The notes beneath the pieces are model-generated. The model worked only from the letters and a program-made list of their open reading frames with translations. It had not been told where the DNA came from and did not search any database. DNA of 63,396 nt, the filler included, from Octopus bimaculoides (taxonomy: Eukaryota): the NCBI RefSeq assembly GCF_001194135.2. It is 10 parts of 9 records of this genome, joined end to end, with 100 filler letters (N's around TTAATTAATTAA, not from the genome) between each part and the next. Parts side by side here need not be neighbours in the genome. Positions count along the whole stretch, not along the records: positions 23,510 to 32,838 come from NC_068981.1; positions 32,939 to 35,080 come from NW_026355929.1; positions 35,181 to 38,523 come from NC_068983.1; 7 more parts are not named here. One strand, 5' to 3'. Of the stretch, positions 24,811 to 36,770 are shown in pieces (the stretch's first letter is position 1; every line of letters begins with the position of its first letter). A program made the position numbers and the translations under genes.

Positions 24811-27790
24811 TTCTTTATTAGGCCATGCAGGACCAAACACAGAGGGCACTATACAATGTAGAATTTTTCTTTTCAAAATCGATCAGTACGGATCAAAAAC
24901 GTTTTGGGATGTGAACACAAAGAGATAACAAGGTAACATTTTAGCAACAGAAATTCCCAAAAGGGGAAGAAAATATAACATTGACTAGGGTTATCTGTGG
25001 AAAGAAAAACCTATGAAAAAACCACGGTGACCTCGGAAAAAACCACGAGAGCAGAGCGCCCTTTCTCTTCTTGTTCCTTAGGTTAATGCTCAAAGTGGTT
25101 TCGTCATTCATGCATACCATCTTTGCTACATTCACCCACTTTTTATTAAACTTTTCATTAGACAAAACTTCCTTCTCTACTCTCACCTTCCTTTCCAAGT
25201 AATACTTGAAAAAGTTGATGAGAAGTTGGCCAGAGAAGAAAGTATTTATCCCTAAGCCTTTCAAACGAGTCCACCATACACATTCTTTTGCCATAGCCAC
25301 CAGTACGATGAAAACTGCCTTGCCCTTCTGGTTAAGGGCAATATTTACGATAGACTCGGTTGACAACCAGACTCATCTCACACATGACAGCAGCCGTTCA
25401 ACATCGGATCACAGGTCTGAAATATTTGGACATTGCACAAGTGTGTGCAGAACAGTTTCATCATTCTGACCGCATCTCAGGCAGGTCAGTTCAGTGATTC
25501 TTGAACTGTGTCTGTAGACCTTATCTTGAACAGGCAATGCTCCCCAATAGCACTGCTAGGCCAGGGATCTCTGGAAATTGTTCATAGGTCCTGGCCTGAA
25601 AGTGGTCCTGAAGAGGCAAGTCAGGTATTCCCTGTTGACGCCCAGAGTCGACCCAAGAACATTGTCACACCTCCCCTCCTCTAATCCTCTATAGAACGCC
25701 TTGGTGGAATTGAAATCACACAAGTTTGAAACCAAATAGCAGAGCTGCTCGAGAGCATAGCAAAACTCATGGTGCCATTCACCCAGCCTCGGTCTCTGCT
25801 TGATCCATGATTGCAGTTCAGTCAATGAGACGAGCTGTGGAAAAGCACATCTCACAAATAGCAATCACACTTATTCACCATCTTCTATGAGATGCTGGAG
25901 ATGTTGCAGTCTCAGCGCATGTCTGCGCATCATCAACCGTGGCATACCCAGCCCTCCATTTAGCAAATGGATCACCTAACCATCAGAACACTTCCCTCCA
26001 CAAAAAGCAGAAGAGTATGCGTTCCAGTTTGATGATGGTAGGGTCGGGGCAAGGCATGATGGTCAGACGGTAGTAGATGACAGATGCAATGTATGCATTC
26101 GCCACCTCAGCCTGACCTTTTAGAGATAGCTTCCTCTCAGCACATAGCTGGGTGAGAGTGACCACCCTGCTCACCATCTCATCCCAGTTCTTCTCCATTT
26201 GGAGGTCTGGACCGAACCAGACTCCAAGCAATTTAACTGGTCCGTCAGTCCAGTGTCCCACGATGGAGACACTGTTGGACGGCATGGGCTTGCTTCTCCA
26301 GGTACCAAGCCACAAGCCCACTGACTTTTCCCAGTTAATATTTGCTCCCGTTACCAATTCAAATTCTTTCAGTGTCTCACCAACTAGGTCAATATGCCTG
26401 TGGCTTGACACTATGACAGTGACATTGTCTGTGTATGCAGACATGCTCCTCCCACATCCAGTTCTCACAGGATGCCCTTCTGCATCGCCAGCTTCTGCAG
26501 TAGTGATTCTAAGGTCAATACATACAGAAGCAATGAGAGGGAGCATCCTTGACAGACTGAACACGTGATGTTAAATAGCCTACATAGATGACCATTTACC
26601 TGAACTACTGAGCGGATGCTGCTGTATAAAGCAGCGATCCAAACATGGAAGACTGGACCTAAACCAGCTTCCCTAAGGACAGCCTCTAAGTATCAATGGT
26701 CAGCCCTATCGAAAGCTTTTGATTGATCCAAATTGATCAGTGCTCCACCCATGCCAGATTCTTTAACTACCTTGTCTATGATATTGCACATGAAGTGGAG
26801 GTTGTCATGGATACTTCTGCTCAGCATGGCACATGTTTGCACCTTGTTGACCAGTTTCTCGATGATAAACGCCAACCTCTCAGCTAGCACCTTGGCCAAA
26901 ATTTTCAAATCTGCATTGAGTAGAGTCATGGGCCGGAAATTATCTATATCGTTCCCCTTGTTTGGGTCTTTCTTTAGCAGAGTCACCACTCCTCGGCTCA
27001 CAAAACTGGGAATACTCCTGTTTTGTTGCCAGTTGCAGTAGACTGTTGCCAAGACATCTCCAAACAAGTCTGGTATATGACAATAAAGCTCGTAGGGTAG
27101 ACCATCCAAGCCCGGTGACTTGTCCCTCACTCAACCTGCCATCACATTCTGTACATCAGTGGCTGTATTGGGACTTTCACAACACTCAGCCTCTCTTGCT
27201 GAGAGTCATAGCAAGCCATGCAGGTAGGCACTAAAGTCTATCCTGTGTTCCAACCCACCAGTTGTCCCAAACAGTCGGGCAAAGTATTGCTGAAAGGCCT
27301 CACACATCCTTTCAGGCTCAAGTAACTTGTGCCCCTGTTTATCTACGAAAGACCGAATGGTAGCTTTGTTTCTACGTTGTGCCTCCACCACTCAGGCCTC
27401 TCGGGTGGCTTCAATTCCCTCGTTTCTTAGGACAAGCATCCTAGGTCTGACAACGCAAACTTCATGTTTGGCATTGAAGTGTTGATCATGGGCCAACCTT
27501 GCCACCAGTACATCGGTCGTGATGCCACTTCTTAACTAGGTCTCCTTCTATTCTATTTCAGTTTATCACTAAAGCCTTGCTAGACCTAACCGATTCTGCT
27601 TTAATTGCCCTCTTTAGGGCAAACCACCATTTCTTGTTGATGTCGGCTCCCATCAACGCCCTCCTAACTAATGTGCTAATTCGGTCTCTGTAAGCCTGTC
27701 GCACCGAGAGCAATGCATTCAGCTTCCAGTATCTGGGACTCTACCTATGATTCTTGTCTAAGTCAAGCATGCAGGCTATAAATTTGTGAT
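24811..27790 (-). mobile_element. Tx1/L1-clade LINE, ORF2 from EN C-terminus through RT and C-terminal Cys region to 3' UTR (pseudogenised)
   Basis: KSPGLDGLPYE, NFRPMTLLNADLKILAKVLA, LDQSKAFDR, SAYTDNV and W..KLSLKG. AATAAA at 24819-24814 followed by ATCT repeats. Confidence 0.92.
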
Positions 27791-28282
27791 AGGGTCGTCC
27801 AGATCATATTTAGATAGAGTATTCTGTAGGGCAGTAGACAGGGATAGTGTAGGTTGTCCACAGTTTCACTTAGTCAGCTACACTGATCACAAATTTGTGG
27901 CCTATATGCTTGACTTAGATAGGAATCATTGGCAGGGTCCCAGATACTGGATGCTGAACACATCGCTCTCGGCACGACAGGCTTACAGAGACTGGATTAG
28001 TACATTAGCTAGGAGGACGTTGATGGGAGCCATCGTCAACAAGAAATGGTGGTTTGCTCTAAAGAAGGCAATTAAAACAGAATCGGTTAGGTCTAGCAAG
28101 GCTTTAGTGATAGACTGAAATAGAATAGAGGGAGACCAAATTAAGAAATTAGAAGAGGCATTTAAAAGTGGCATCACGACCAACATGCTGGTGGCAAGGT
28201 TGGCCCTTGACCAACACTTCAATGTCAAACATGAAGTTTGCATTGTTAGAGCTAGGATACAAGCCCTAAGAAATGAAGGAAT
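27791..28282 (+). mobile_element. Tx1-like fragment (EN C-terminus and linker), head-to-head with the preceding copy
   Basis: ORF 27786-28118 has SYLDRV, YTDH and GPRYWMLN. Homologous to 27414-27790 on the opposite strand. Confidence 0.88.
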
Positions 28283-28387
28283 CTATCTAACTATTCATCC
28301 ATCCAGCTAGCTAACCATCCATCAATCTATCCACCTAGCTATCTGTCCATCCATCCAGCTATCCATCTATCCATCCATCCATCCATC

Positions 28388-28990
28388 GCAGATTTGAAGA
28401 TTTTGGCCAAGTTGTTAGCCGAGAGGTTGGTGCTTGTCATCAAGACAATGCGCAAACGTGCACCGTGCCGGGCAGGAGTATCCATGACAACTTCATCTGA
28501 TGCGCTACATCATAGACAGGGTAGTTAAGGAACCTGGTATGGGTGGAGCACAGATCAATTTGGATAAGTCAAAAGCTTTCGATAGGGTAGACCATCGCTA
28601 CTTGGAGGCTGTCCTTAGAGCGGCTGGTTTCGGTCCCGTCTTCCAGGATTGGATCGCTGCCTTATACAGCAGCATCAGCTCGGTAGTTTGTGTAAATGGT
28701 CATCTGCCCAGACCATTTAACATCATGTGTTTGGTTTAGTGCCTACCTACATGGCTTGCTACGACTCTCAGCAAGAGAGGCTGAGTGTTGTGAAAGTCCC
28801 ATTACAGCCACTGATGTACAGAATGCGATGGCAGACTGAGTGACAGACTAGTCGCCGGGCTTGGATGGTCTACCCTACAAGCTTTATTGTCATATGTCAG
28901 ACTTGTTTGGAGATGTTTGTGAGGCGTGCTTTCCTGCAGCTTGTCTCCTTGGTCAAACTGCAGTTATGGATTAAACAGAGACTGAGGCTA
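28388..28990 (+). mobile_element. Tx1-like RT fragments in rearranged order
   Basis: ADLKILAK..LDKSKAFDRVDH..VNG, then a jump back to AYLHGLL..SPGLDGLPY, then a jump forward to FVRRAF..KQRLR. Confidence 0.85.
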
Positions 28991-29350
28991 GACGGTTGGT
29001 CCATGTCCACATTGGCACATTCGAGTAGCCTAGTCAGTACTTATTAGACAGTTAGAAACGTCTGAGCAGGTCTTTGAAGCATTTGTACCTCCTTCTCTTC
29101 CTATTTCTACTTACATAGTCTAGATGCACGTCCAAGATAGCATTCTAATTCCCTACTAAAAGTAACGGTCAAGACGTTCCCAGGAAAACTTCTAGACATC
29201 GAAAGAAGTCTGGCCAATCTGTTAAGGATGGTGTGTATACCGTTATCAATTGAAGAGCACACCCATTACTGCCATCGACATCCAAGATGACCAGCCTACC
29301 CTCTGAGTCTAGGAGTACTGCCCTTACTTTGAGTTCCAGACACTTTCGAA
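28990..29350 (-). mobile_element. Tx1-like APE endonuclease fragment
   Basis: Manual translation DSEGRLVILDV..LITVYTP..LLLVGN*NAILD..NVPMWTWTN. Confidence 0.8.
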
Positions 29351-29449
29351 GAAGATAGATGGATGGATAGATAGATAACTGGATGGGTGGGTGGATAGAT
29401 GGCTGGATGGGTGGTTGGCTGGCTAGCTGGATGGATGGATGGATGGATA

Positions 29450-31408
29450 GCTAGCACAGAGAGGACAAAATACAAAGTAGGTGGGGGTAGAATTTCAATC
29501 AAAAGGGATCATGGTCAAAAAAAAAACAATCAATAGGGATCATGTATCACAGAAGTGTTATAGTGTAAAATGGGAAACAGATTAGGTTTATCCGTGGAAA
29601 GAAAAGCCTATGGAAAAGACCACAGTAACCGCAGGCAATAATGTCATGCAAAAAACACATTACAGTAAGTGACTCTCTTTTTCTGATTCATAGGACTATG
29701 CTCAAGGTGGCTCCGTCATTCACACGTGCCATCCTTGCTACATTCACCCATCTTTTTTTGAAACATTCACTAGACAAAACATCGTTCTCTACTCTCACCT
29801 TCCTTTTCAAGTGATACTTGAAGAAGTTGATGAGAGATTCACCAGAGAGGAAAGTGTTTGTCTCTAGACTTTTCAGACGCGTCCACCATAGCTCTTCTTT
29901 CCCGTTTCAAGGAAGGAGGCGCGACAATATTCACGACAGACTCGGCTGATAAACTGACTCGTCCCACACGCAATAGCAGTCATTCGACATAGGCCCACAG
30001 ATTGGAAATGGTTGGACACTGTACAAGTGCATGCAGAATGGTTTCGTCGCTCTGACCGCATCTCGAGCAGGTTGACCCATACCTGTAGAGCTTATCTCAA
30101 ATGGGTAGCACTTCTCGATAGCACTGCCAAGCCAGGGATCTCGGGAAGTTGTCCATAGGTCCCGGCCTGAAAGTTGTCTTGAACAGGCGGGTCAGGTATT
30201 CCTCATCGACACCCAGGTTCGCCCCGAGATCATCGTCGTACCTCCCCTCTACTAATCCCCTATAGAATGCTTTGGTTGTGCCATTCGCCCTTCCTCAGCC
30301 TCTTTTTGATCCCCAACTGCAGTTCAGTCATGGAGACAAGCTGCGGGAAAGCATGCCTCACAAACAGCGACCCCACCTGTTCACCGTTGTCTACGTAGAG
30401 CTGGAGGTGTTGCAGTCTCAGTGCGTGTCTGCGCATCATCAACCACAGCATGCCCAGCCCTCTTTTTAATGGGTGTTGGCAGCAAAAAGATTGACTGACC
30501 ATCAGAATGCATCCTTTCCATAAGAAGCGGAAGAGAACGGGTTCCAGTTTGGTGATGGTAGGGTCGGGACAAGGCACGACGGTTAGGCGGTAGTAGATGA
30601 TGGACGTGATGTATGTGTTCGCCACCTCCACCCAACCTTTTAGGGATAGCTTCCTCTTGGCCCATTGCTGGGTGAGAGTGGACACCCTAGTTGCTTTCTT
30701 GCCCCAGTTCTCCATTTGGAGGTCTGGACCAAACCCAACTCCAAGCAATTTAACCGGTCCGTCGGTCCAGCGTCCCACAATGGAGACACTGTTGGATGGC
30801 ATGGGCTTGCTTCTCTAGGTACTGAGCCGCAAGCCCACTGACTTTTCCCAGTTAATTTTTGCTCCCGTTACCGCTTCATATTCTTTTAGTGTCTCACCGA
30901 CCAGGTCAATATGCCTGTGGCTCAACACTATGATGGTGATGTTGTCCGCATATGCAGACATGCTCTTCCCACATCCCAGCTTTCGCGGGATGCCCCTCAG
31001 CACTGCCAGCTTCCGAAGTAGTGGCTTAAGAGTCAATACGTACAGAAGTGACAAGAGGGGGCATCCTTGATGAACTGAACGCGTGATGCTAAATGTTCTG
31101 GACATGACTATTTACGCGAACTATGCCAGGTTCCTTAACTACCCTGTCTATGATGTAGTATATTAGATGGAGGTTGTCAATGGATACTCCTACCCAGCAT
31201 GGCGCACGTTTGCACCTTGTCGGCCAGCTTCTTGATGACAAGCACCAACCTCTCAGCTAACACCTTGGCCAAAATCTTCAAGTTTGCATTGAGCAGAGCG
31301 ATGGGCCTGAAGTTATCTATGACATTCCCCTTGTTTGGATCTTTCTTTAGCAGTGTCATCGCTCCTCACTTTACAGAGACGGGAATACTCCCGTTTTGCT
31401 GCCAGTTG
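29450..31408 (-). mobile_element. Tx1-like LINE, 3' half with internal deletions
   Basis: NFRPIALLNANLKILAK, SVHQGCPL, SAYADNI and RKLSLKG. The 3' UTR matches 24811-25300 and ends in GGAT/GATA repeats. Confidence 0.9.
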
Positions 31409-31467
31409 AGGGAGGGAGGGAGGCAGGCAGGCAGGCAGATATATAGATAGGATAGATAGATGGATAG

Positions 31468-31502
<35 letters not shown>

Positions 31503-31504
<2 letters not shown>

Positions 31505-31992
31505 GCCTCACCGAGGCGATGACTACTGACCGAGACCTTTGGAAATGTGCTGTGCGTGAGAAGACCCGGCAAGCCAAGTAAGATCGTTGCCAGTGCCCCT
31601 GGACTGGTTCTTGTGCGGGTGGCACATGAGATGCACCATTTTGAGCGTGGCCGTTGCCAGTACCGCCTGACTGGCTCCCGTAGGATTTTCGAGCGAGATC
31701 GTTGCCAGTGCCCCTGGACTGGNNNNNNNNNNGATCGTTGCCAGTGCCCCTGGACTGGTTCTTGTGCGGGTGGCACATAAAAGACACCATTTCGAGCGTG
31801 GCCGTTTTCGTGCGGGTGACACGTAAAAGCACCCACTACACTCTCTGAGTGGTTGGCGTTAGGAAGGGCATCCAGCTGTAGAAACTCTGCCAAATTAGAC
31901 TGGAGCCTGGTGTTGCCATCCGGTTTCACCAGTCCTCAGTCAAATCGTCCAACCCATGCTAGCATGGAAAGCGGACGTTAAACGATGATGAT
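31503..31992 (+). mobile_element. RTE LINE 3' tip with repetitive 3' UTR and (GAT)n tail
   Basis: GLTEAMTTDRDLWKCAVREKTRQAK* matches ORF 361-765. Tail CCATGCTAGCATGGAAAGCGGACGTTAAACGATGATGAT. Confidence 0.9.
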
Positions 31993-31998
31993 ATATAT

Positions 31999-32030
<32 letters not shown>

Positions 32031-32119
32031 TTGGATGGATAGGTAGATAGATAGCTGGATGGATGGATGGATGGATGGATGGATGGATTGATAGGTAGGT
32101 GGATGGATGGACTGATACA

Positions 32120-32190
32120 TTTCTTTTATTAGCCACACAGGGCTCAACGAAGATGGGACAAATACAATGTAGAGCTTTTCTTTTTGGGAG
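32120..32190 (-). mobile_element. Tx1-like 3' tip (a second tip lies at 32591-32626)
   Basis: TTTATTAGCCACACAGGGCTCAAC...AAATACAATGTAGAGCTTTTC matches the ends at 24811 and 56230-56285. Embedded in GATA/GGAT repeats. Confidence 0.8.
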
Positions 32191-34097
32191 GGGGAAGGAA
32201 AAAAAAGACAGACTGAATGATGGATGAATGAGTGGATGGATGGATGGTTAAACAGGTAGATTGAATAATGGATGGGTAGACGCATGTATAGGTATATAGA
32301 TAGATGAATGAGAGGATGGATAAATGGATAATTAAAGTGATGTATGGATGGGTAGATAGGCAAATGTACGGATGAATGGATGAGTGATAGATTGAATGAA
32401 TGATAGATTAGTGGATGGATTGATAGATTGATGTGTTTATAGACAGATGATGGATGCACAGATAGACAAGCAGATGAACGGTTGCATAGATATTCAGATG
32501 GATGGATGGATAGACAGGTAAATAGATGGATGGATGAATGGAGGGATAGATGGATAGATAGATTAATGAATGGATCGGTAGATAGATAGGTTTCTTTATT
32601 AGCCACACAGGGCTCAACACAGAGGGNNNNNNNNNNTAAATGGATAATTAAAGTGATGTATGGATGGGTAGATAGGCAAATGTACGGATGAATGGATGAG
32701 TGATAGATTGAATGAATGATAGATTAGTGGATGGATTGATAGATTGATGTGTTTATAGACAGATGATGGATGCACAGATAGACAAGCAGATGAACGGTTG
32801 CATAGATATTCAGATGGATGGATGGATAGACAGGTAAANNNNNNNNNNNNNNNNNNNNNNNNNNNNNNNNNNNNNNNNNNNNTTAATTAATTAANNNNNN
32901 NNNNNNNNNNNNNNNNNNNNNNNNNNNNNNNNNNNNNNATATATATATATATATATATACATATACACACATACACACAGCCATCCCATCTTTCAGTGAC
33001 TCCAGCTTATTGCTAAGGAAAGATTAAATGGTCTTTTGGGAAGGAGAAAGATCAAATCTTCATTGTTAAATGTCCATTGGAACTGCCAAAAGGAATTATC
33101 GGAATAAAAGCCGCGTGTTTTATTGGTTACCACAAGAAGTAAAACTGAAGTATTTATTTTCGCATACCAAGTTGCTTCTAAGACAGAGATGCAAATAGAG
33201 TTAAGATTCTCAGAGCGGCAATGAAACATTTGTGGAGAAGAGGGACATAGGAATCAGATGAACATGTCACAATGTGGCTTTCTGTGTGTGTGTGTCAGTA
33301 CGTGTCTGTATGAATCTTACTCTCTCTCTCTCTCGTTCTCTCTCTCTCTTTCCCGGAATGGAGGAGTGCACATCTATGTTTGTATGTGTATAGTTCAGTT
33401 GGTAATACGATTGCGTGCGCGCGTGTGTATGCAGACAGTAACTTCCTCTCTCTCTAACAATTGCCAATTAACTGCGTGTCGTGCCTGACTTACTTACTCA
33501 GAGAATGAAGAATCATGTAACGCCGGCTTGGACCGTCAACGTAATTCTTAGTGTCTGGNNNNNNNNNNNNNNNNNNNNNNNNNNNNNNNNNNNNNNNNNN
33601 NNNNNNNNNNNNNNNNNNNNNNNNNNNNNNNNNNNNNNNNNNNNNNNNNNNNNNNNNNNNNNNNNNNNNNNNNNNNNNNNNNNNNNNNNNNNNNNNNNNN
33701 NNNNNNNNNNNNNNNNNNNNNNNNNNNNNNNNNNNNNNNNNNNNNNNNNNNNNNNNNNNNNNNNNNNNNNNNNNNNNNNNNNNNNNNNNNNNNNNNNNNN
33801 NNNNNNNNNNNNNNNNNNNNNNNNNNNNNNNNNNNNNNNNNNNNNNNNNNNNNNNNNNNNNNNNNNNNNNNNNNNNNNNNNNNNNNNNNNNNNNNNNNNN
33901 NNNNNNNNNNNNNNNNNNNNNNNNNNNNNNNNNNNNNNNNNNNNNNNNNNNNNNNNNNNNNNNNNNNNNNNNNNNNNNNNNNNNNNNNNNNNNNNNNNNN
34001 NNNNNNNNNNNNNNNNNNNNNNNNNNNNNNNNNNNNNNNNNNNNNNNNNNNNNATGTATGTATGTATTATGTAGATAGGTATATATTTGTGTGTGTG

Positions 34098-34720
34098 TTT
34101 ATTTCAAGATTTCTTGCCAATTGAGAAAGAACAGGTTTCTAACCTAGATCCAAGGCTTCTTCATTGGAATTTCAACAACAGGATATTTATGTATGTATGT
34201 AATGCATGTATGTATGTATGCATGTATGTATGTATATAAATGTCATGTATATATGTATGTATGTATGTATGTCTGCCTGTATGTATGTATGTATGTATGT
34301 ATGTATGTATGTATGTATGTATGTATGTATGTATGTGCAGACTTGCATATTTTATGTCTGTATTCTCATGCATATAGTTGCATATCTAGACATGCTCATA
34401 TATATTTAAAAGATAAACTTCTGGAAAGTTTTACAGATTTTTACAGTTCCAGTGATGGATTGGATCTGTAGTCTTCAAATTAGCTTTCTCCTTTCTGGTT
34501 TTGAAAAGCCTAATTTCTCAAGATTGGTATTTAGGCAGTGCGTTACATATTCCAAGGACCCAATAATTACAGCTATAAACCTGAACCTGTAATCTAGATA
34601 GAGTAATTGCAGATTTCTCAATAATTCAGCATAGGTATTCTCTTTTTCACTGATCTTCAGCCTTATGTTAACATCCGCTGGGCAGCTAATTTCCACAACT
34701 GTGCCCAGTTTCTCTTCTCT
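34098..34720 (-). mobile_element. RLE-type LINE 3' end (another family), 3' UTR split by a (TATG)n expansion
   Basis: REEKLGTVVEISCPADVNI..EKENTYAEL..VIIGSL..KICKTFQKF*. Confidence 0.75.
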
Positions 34721-34984
34721 ATCCCTATATATGTATGTATGAGTGCATGTATGTATATATGTATCTATGCATGTGTGTATGTATGTATGTTTGTATGAGT
34801 GTAAGTGTGTGTATATATGTATGTATGTGTGTATTATGTATGAGTCTATGTATGTATGTGTGTATGTATGTATGTGTGTGTGTTGTATGTATGTACACAT
34901 GAACGTGTGCATGTACGTCTGTATGTATTAATGCCTGAATTACATGCATACTTATGTATATATTTCAAATTTTCAAAAAACAAT

Positions 34985-35080
34985 AGATGAAGACAGGTGT
35001 AGAAACAGCAAGCAAGTGTCTTAGTTTGATGCTCGGGAAAAATGGAAAAGTCTTTTACGTTTCGAGCCTACGCTCTTCGA
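34985..35080 (-). mobile_element. Short hammerhead-bearing repeat (family H1), truncated by gap
   Basis: TCGA-A-GAGC(GTAG)GCTC-GAAACGT-A-AAAG. Flanks match 47435-47620 and 54005-54185. Confidence 0.7.
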
Positions 35081-35488
35081 NNNNNNNNNNNNNNNNNNNN
35101 NNNNNNNNNNNNNNNNNNNNNNNNTTAATTAATTAANNNNNNNNNNNNNNNNNNNNNNNNNNNNNNNNNNNNNNNNNNNNCACACACACACTTTAAATTT
35201 ATTATTCAATTTCCAATAAGGTAAAATCTTAAATTATTGACACCATAACCTGGAAAAAACATGGATCATATTGAAGAATGCAAGCAAGAGAAATAATATT
35301 CTCAAGATTATAAACTTGGAAAAGTTCAGGTTAAGTTACTACATCTTGTAAAGTAAAGAACAAGAAAATTTTTACTTAAAATATTGCAGCTTAGGATAAA
35401 ATTTGAATATTAAAATGTGAAATATAATGTCTTGAATGGCATAACAATGCAGAGTGGACTATAAATGTTATAATTTAATTATAGTCTG

Positions 35489-35528
35489 ATATAATATTTC
35501 GGAATATAAAAATTCCTTCTTCAGATAT
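35489..35528 (-). ncRNA. Minimal type-I hammerhead ribozyme with canonical core
   Basis: ATAT-CTGAAGA-A-GGAAT(TTTTAT)ATTCC-GAA-ATAT-T-ATAT. Perfect stem II, palindromic stem III, 4-bp stem I. Confidence 0.7.
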
Positions 35529-35599
35529 TGCTAGGAATTGATCAAGTCAATTTTTCAACGGTTACTGAAAATTTTTTTTCGGAAGCATCTCTGCAGTGG

Positions 35600-35835
35600 T
35601 CTCATGACTGGCTTCTGTGCCAGTGCCACATAAAAAGCACCAACTGATCGTGGCACACAAAAAGCACCCACTACACTCATGGAATGGTTGGCATTAGGAA
35701 GGGCATCCAGCTGTAGAAACACTACCAGATCAGACTGGAGCCTGGTGCAGCCTCCTGGCTTTCCAGACCCCAGTCGAACCGTCCAACCCATGCTAGCATG
35801 GAAAACGAATGTTAAACGATGATGATGATGATGAA
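35600..35835 (+). mobile_element. RTE 3'-tail fragment or RTE-tailed SINE
   Basis: GCACCCACTACACTC..TTAGGAAGGGCATCCAGCTGTAGAAAC..CCATGCTAGCATGGAAAA..(GAT)n. Confidence 0.85.
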
Positions 35836-35989
35836 GTGCATGAGGGTGGCCATGTCTTGAGCTCGTGTGTATTGACATATTCGCAGTGCTGCTTCTATGT
35901 TATGTATTACACGTGCAGTTTTTTTTGTTTTTTTTTATTCATGAGCATGTTACCAGAAAAGAACTTACACATATCCAGATGTAGCTAAA

Positions 35990-36770
35990 TAATATATTGA
36001 TTGCTAATTTCCAACCTGTTGTTAATTTGGGGCCCTAGTCTGTTTATGAGACAGCTTCCTTAATGCTTAGATTTCCCAAATTTCGGTCATTGGTCTCAAT
36101 TGTGACTGTTATGCTTTTGTCAATGTTCTGGCATCTGTGTAGATGTTTTCTGAAGGAGGAGGCTCACATGTTTAGATGTCCTTTGATGCGAATGTCTTTT
36201 TGTGCTACCCACATAGAACTTGTTGCATTTGTTACATTTACTTGTTGGCATAAATCTGTCACGGATGGGGCAGTTAGCTAGTGTGCATTGGTTGCTGTCC
36301 TTTGCTCTTTTCTTTACTGGGTGTCTTCTCAGAGTGGGGCTGGAGTGGGCTAGTTGTATGTCTAATCCTTCTCTTCTTATGGGTCTTTGGATGGCTGTAG
36401 TTATCCTCTCCCTAAAATGGGGTATTTTAAGGAAGCATGTGCTGCTGGGTTTTCTGTGTTCAGTGTGTTTGTCGTCTTGGGTACTCAAGCCAATTTACAA
36501 TGGATATAGGGTACCTGTTGGTTTTCAATACTTCTAGGAAGTTTATGGTGTGGGTCACCTTGTTCTCTGCCTTGCTGTACTTGCTCTGGATGCATGGACT
36601 TTCATTTCTGGTGTATCCTATTCTGGTACCGAGTGGAAGGGCTGAATTGTAGTGAACAGACATATCTCTCCTGGCTGCTTTCCTGTAGAACTCGATGTGG
36701 ATCTCTCCTTCTTCCATTATTTTCAGTTGGAAGTCGAGCAGCGATAGGGATCCAGTGTTGTCAGGATATT
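35990..36770 (-). mobile_element. Penelope-like element: RT thumb and GIY-YIG endonuclease (frameshifted)
   Basis: LLDFQLKIMEEGEIHIEFYRK, HYNSALP, FLKIPHF, CNKCNKFYVGSTKR and IKEA. Confidence 0.88.

Noticed and set aside
32322-32838. Exact duplication of about 200 bp of GGAT-rich sequence (32322-32521 and 32638-32838)
   Set aside because: Sits between a small gap and a contig end, so it is likely an assembly overlap.
34110-34170. Hammerhead-like fold in an RLE LINE 3' UTR (CCAATGAAG..AGAAACC..ATTGG)
   Set aside because: Lacks CUGANGA; probably an ordinary UTR stem-loop.
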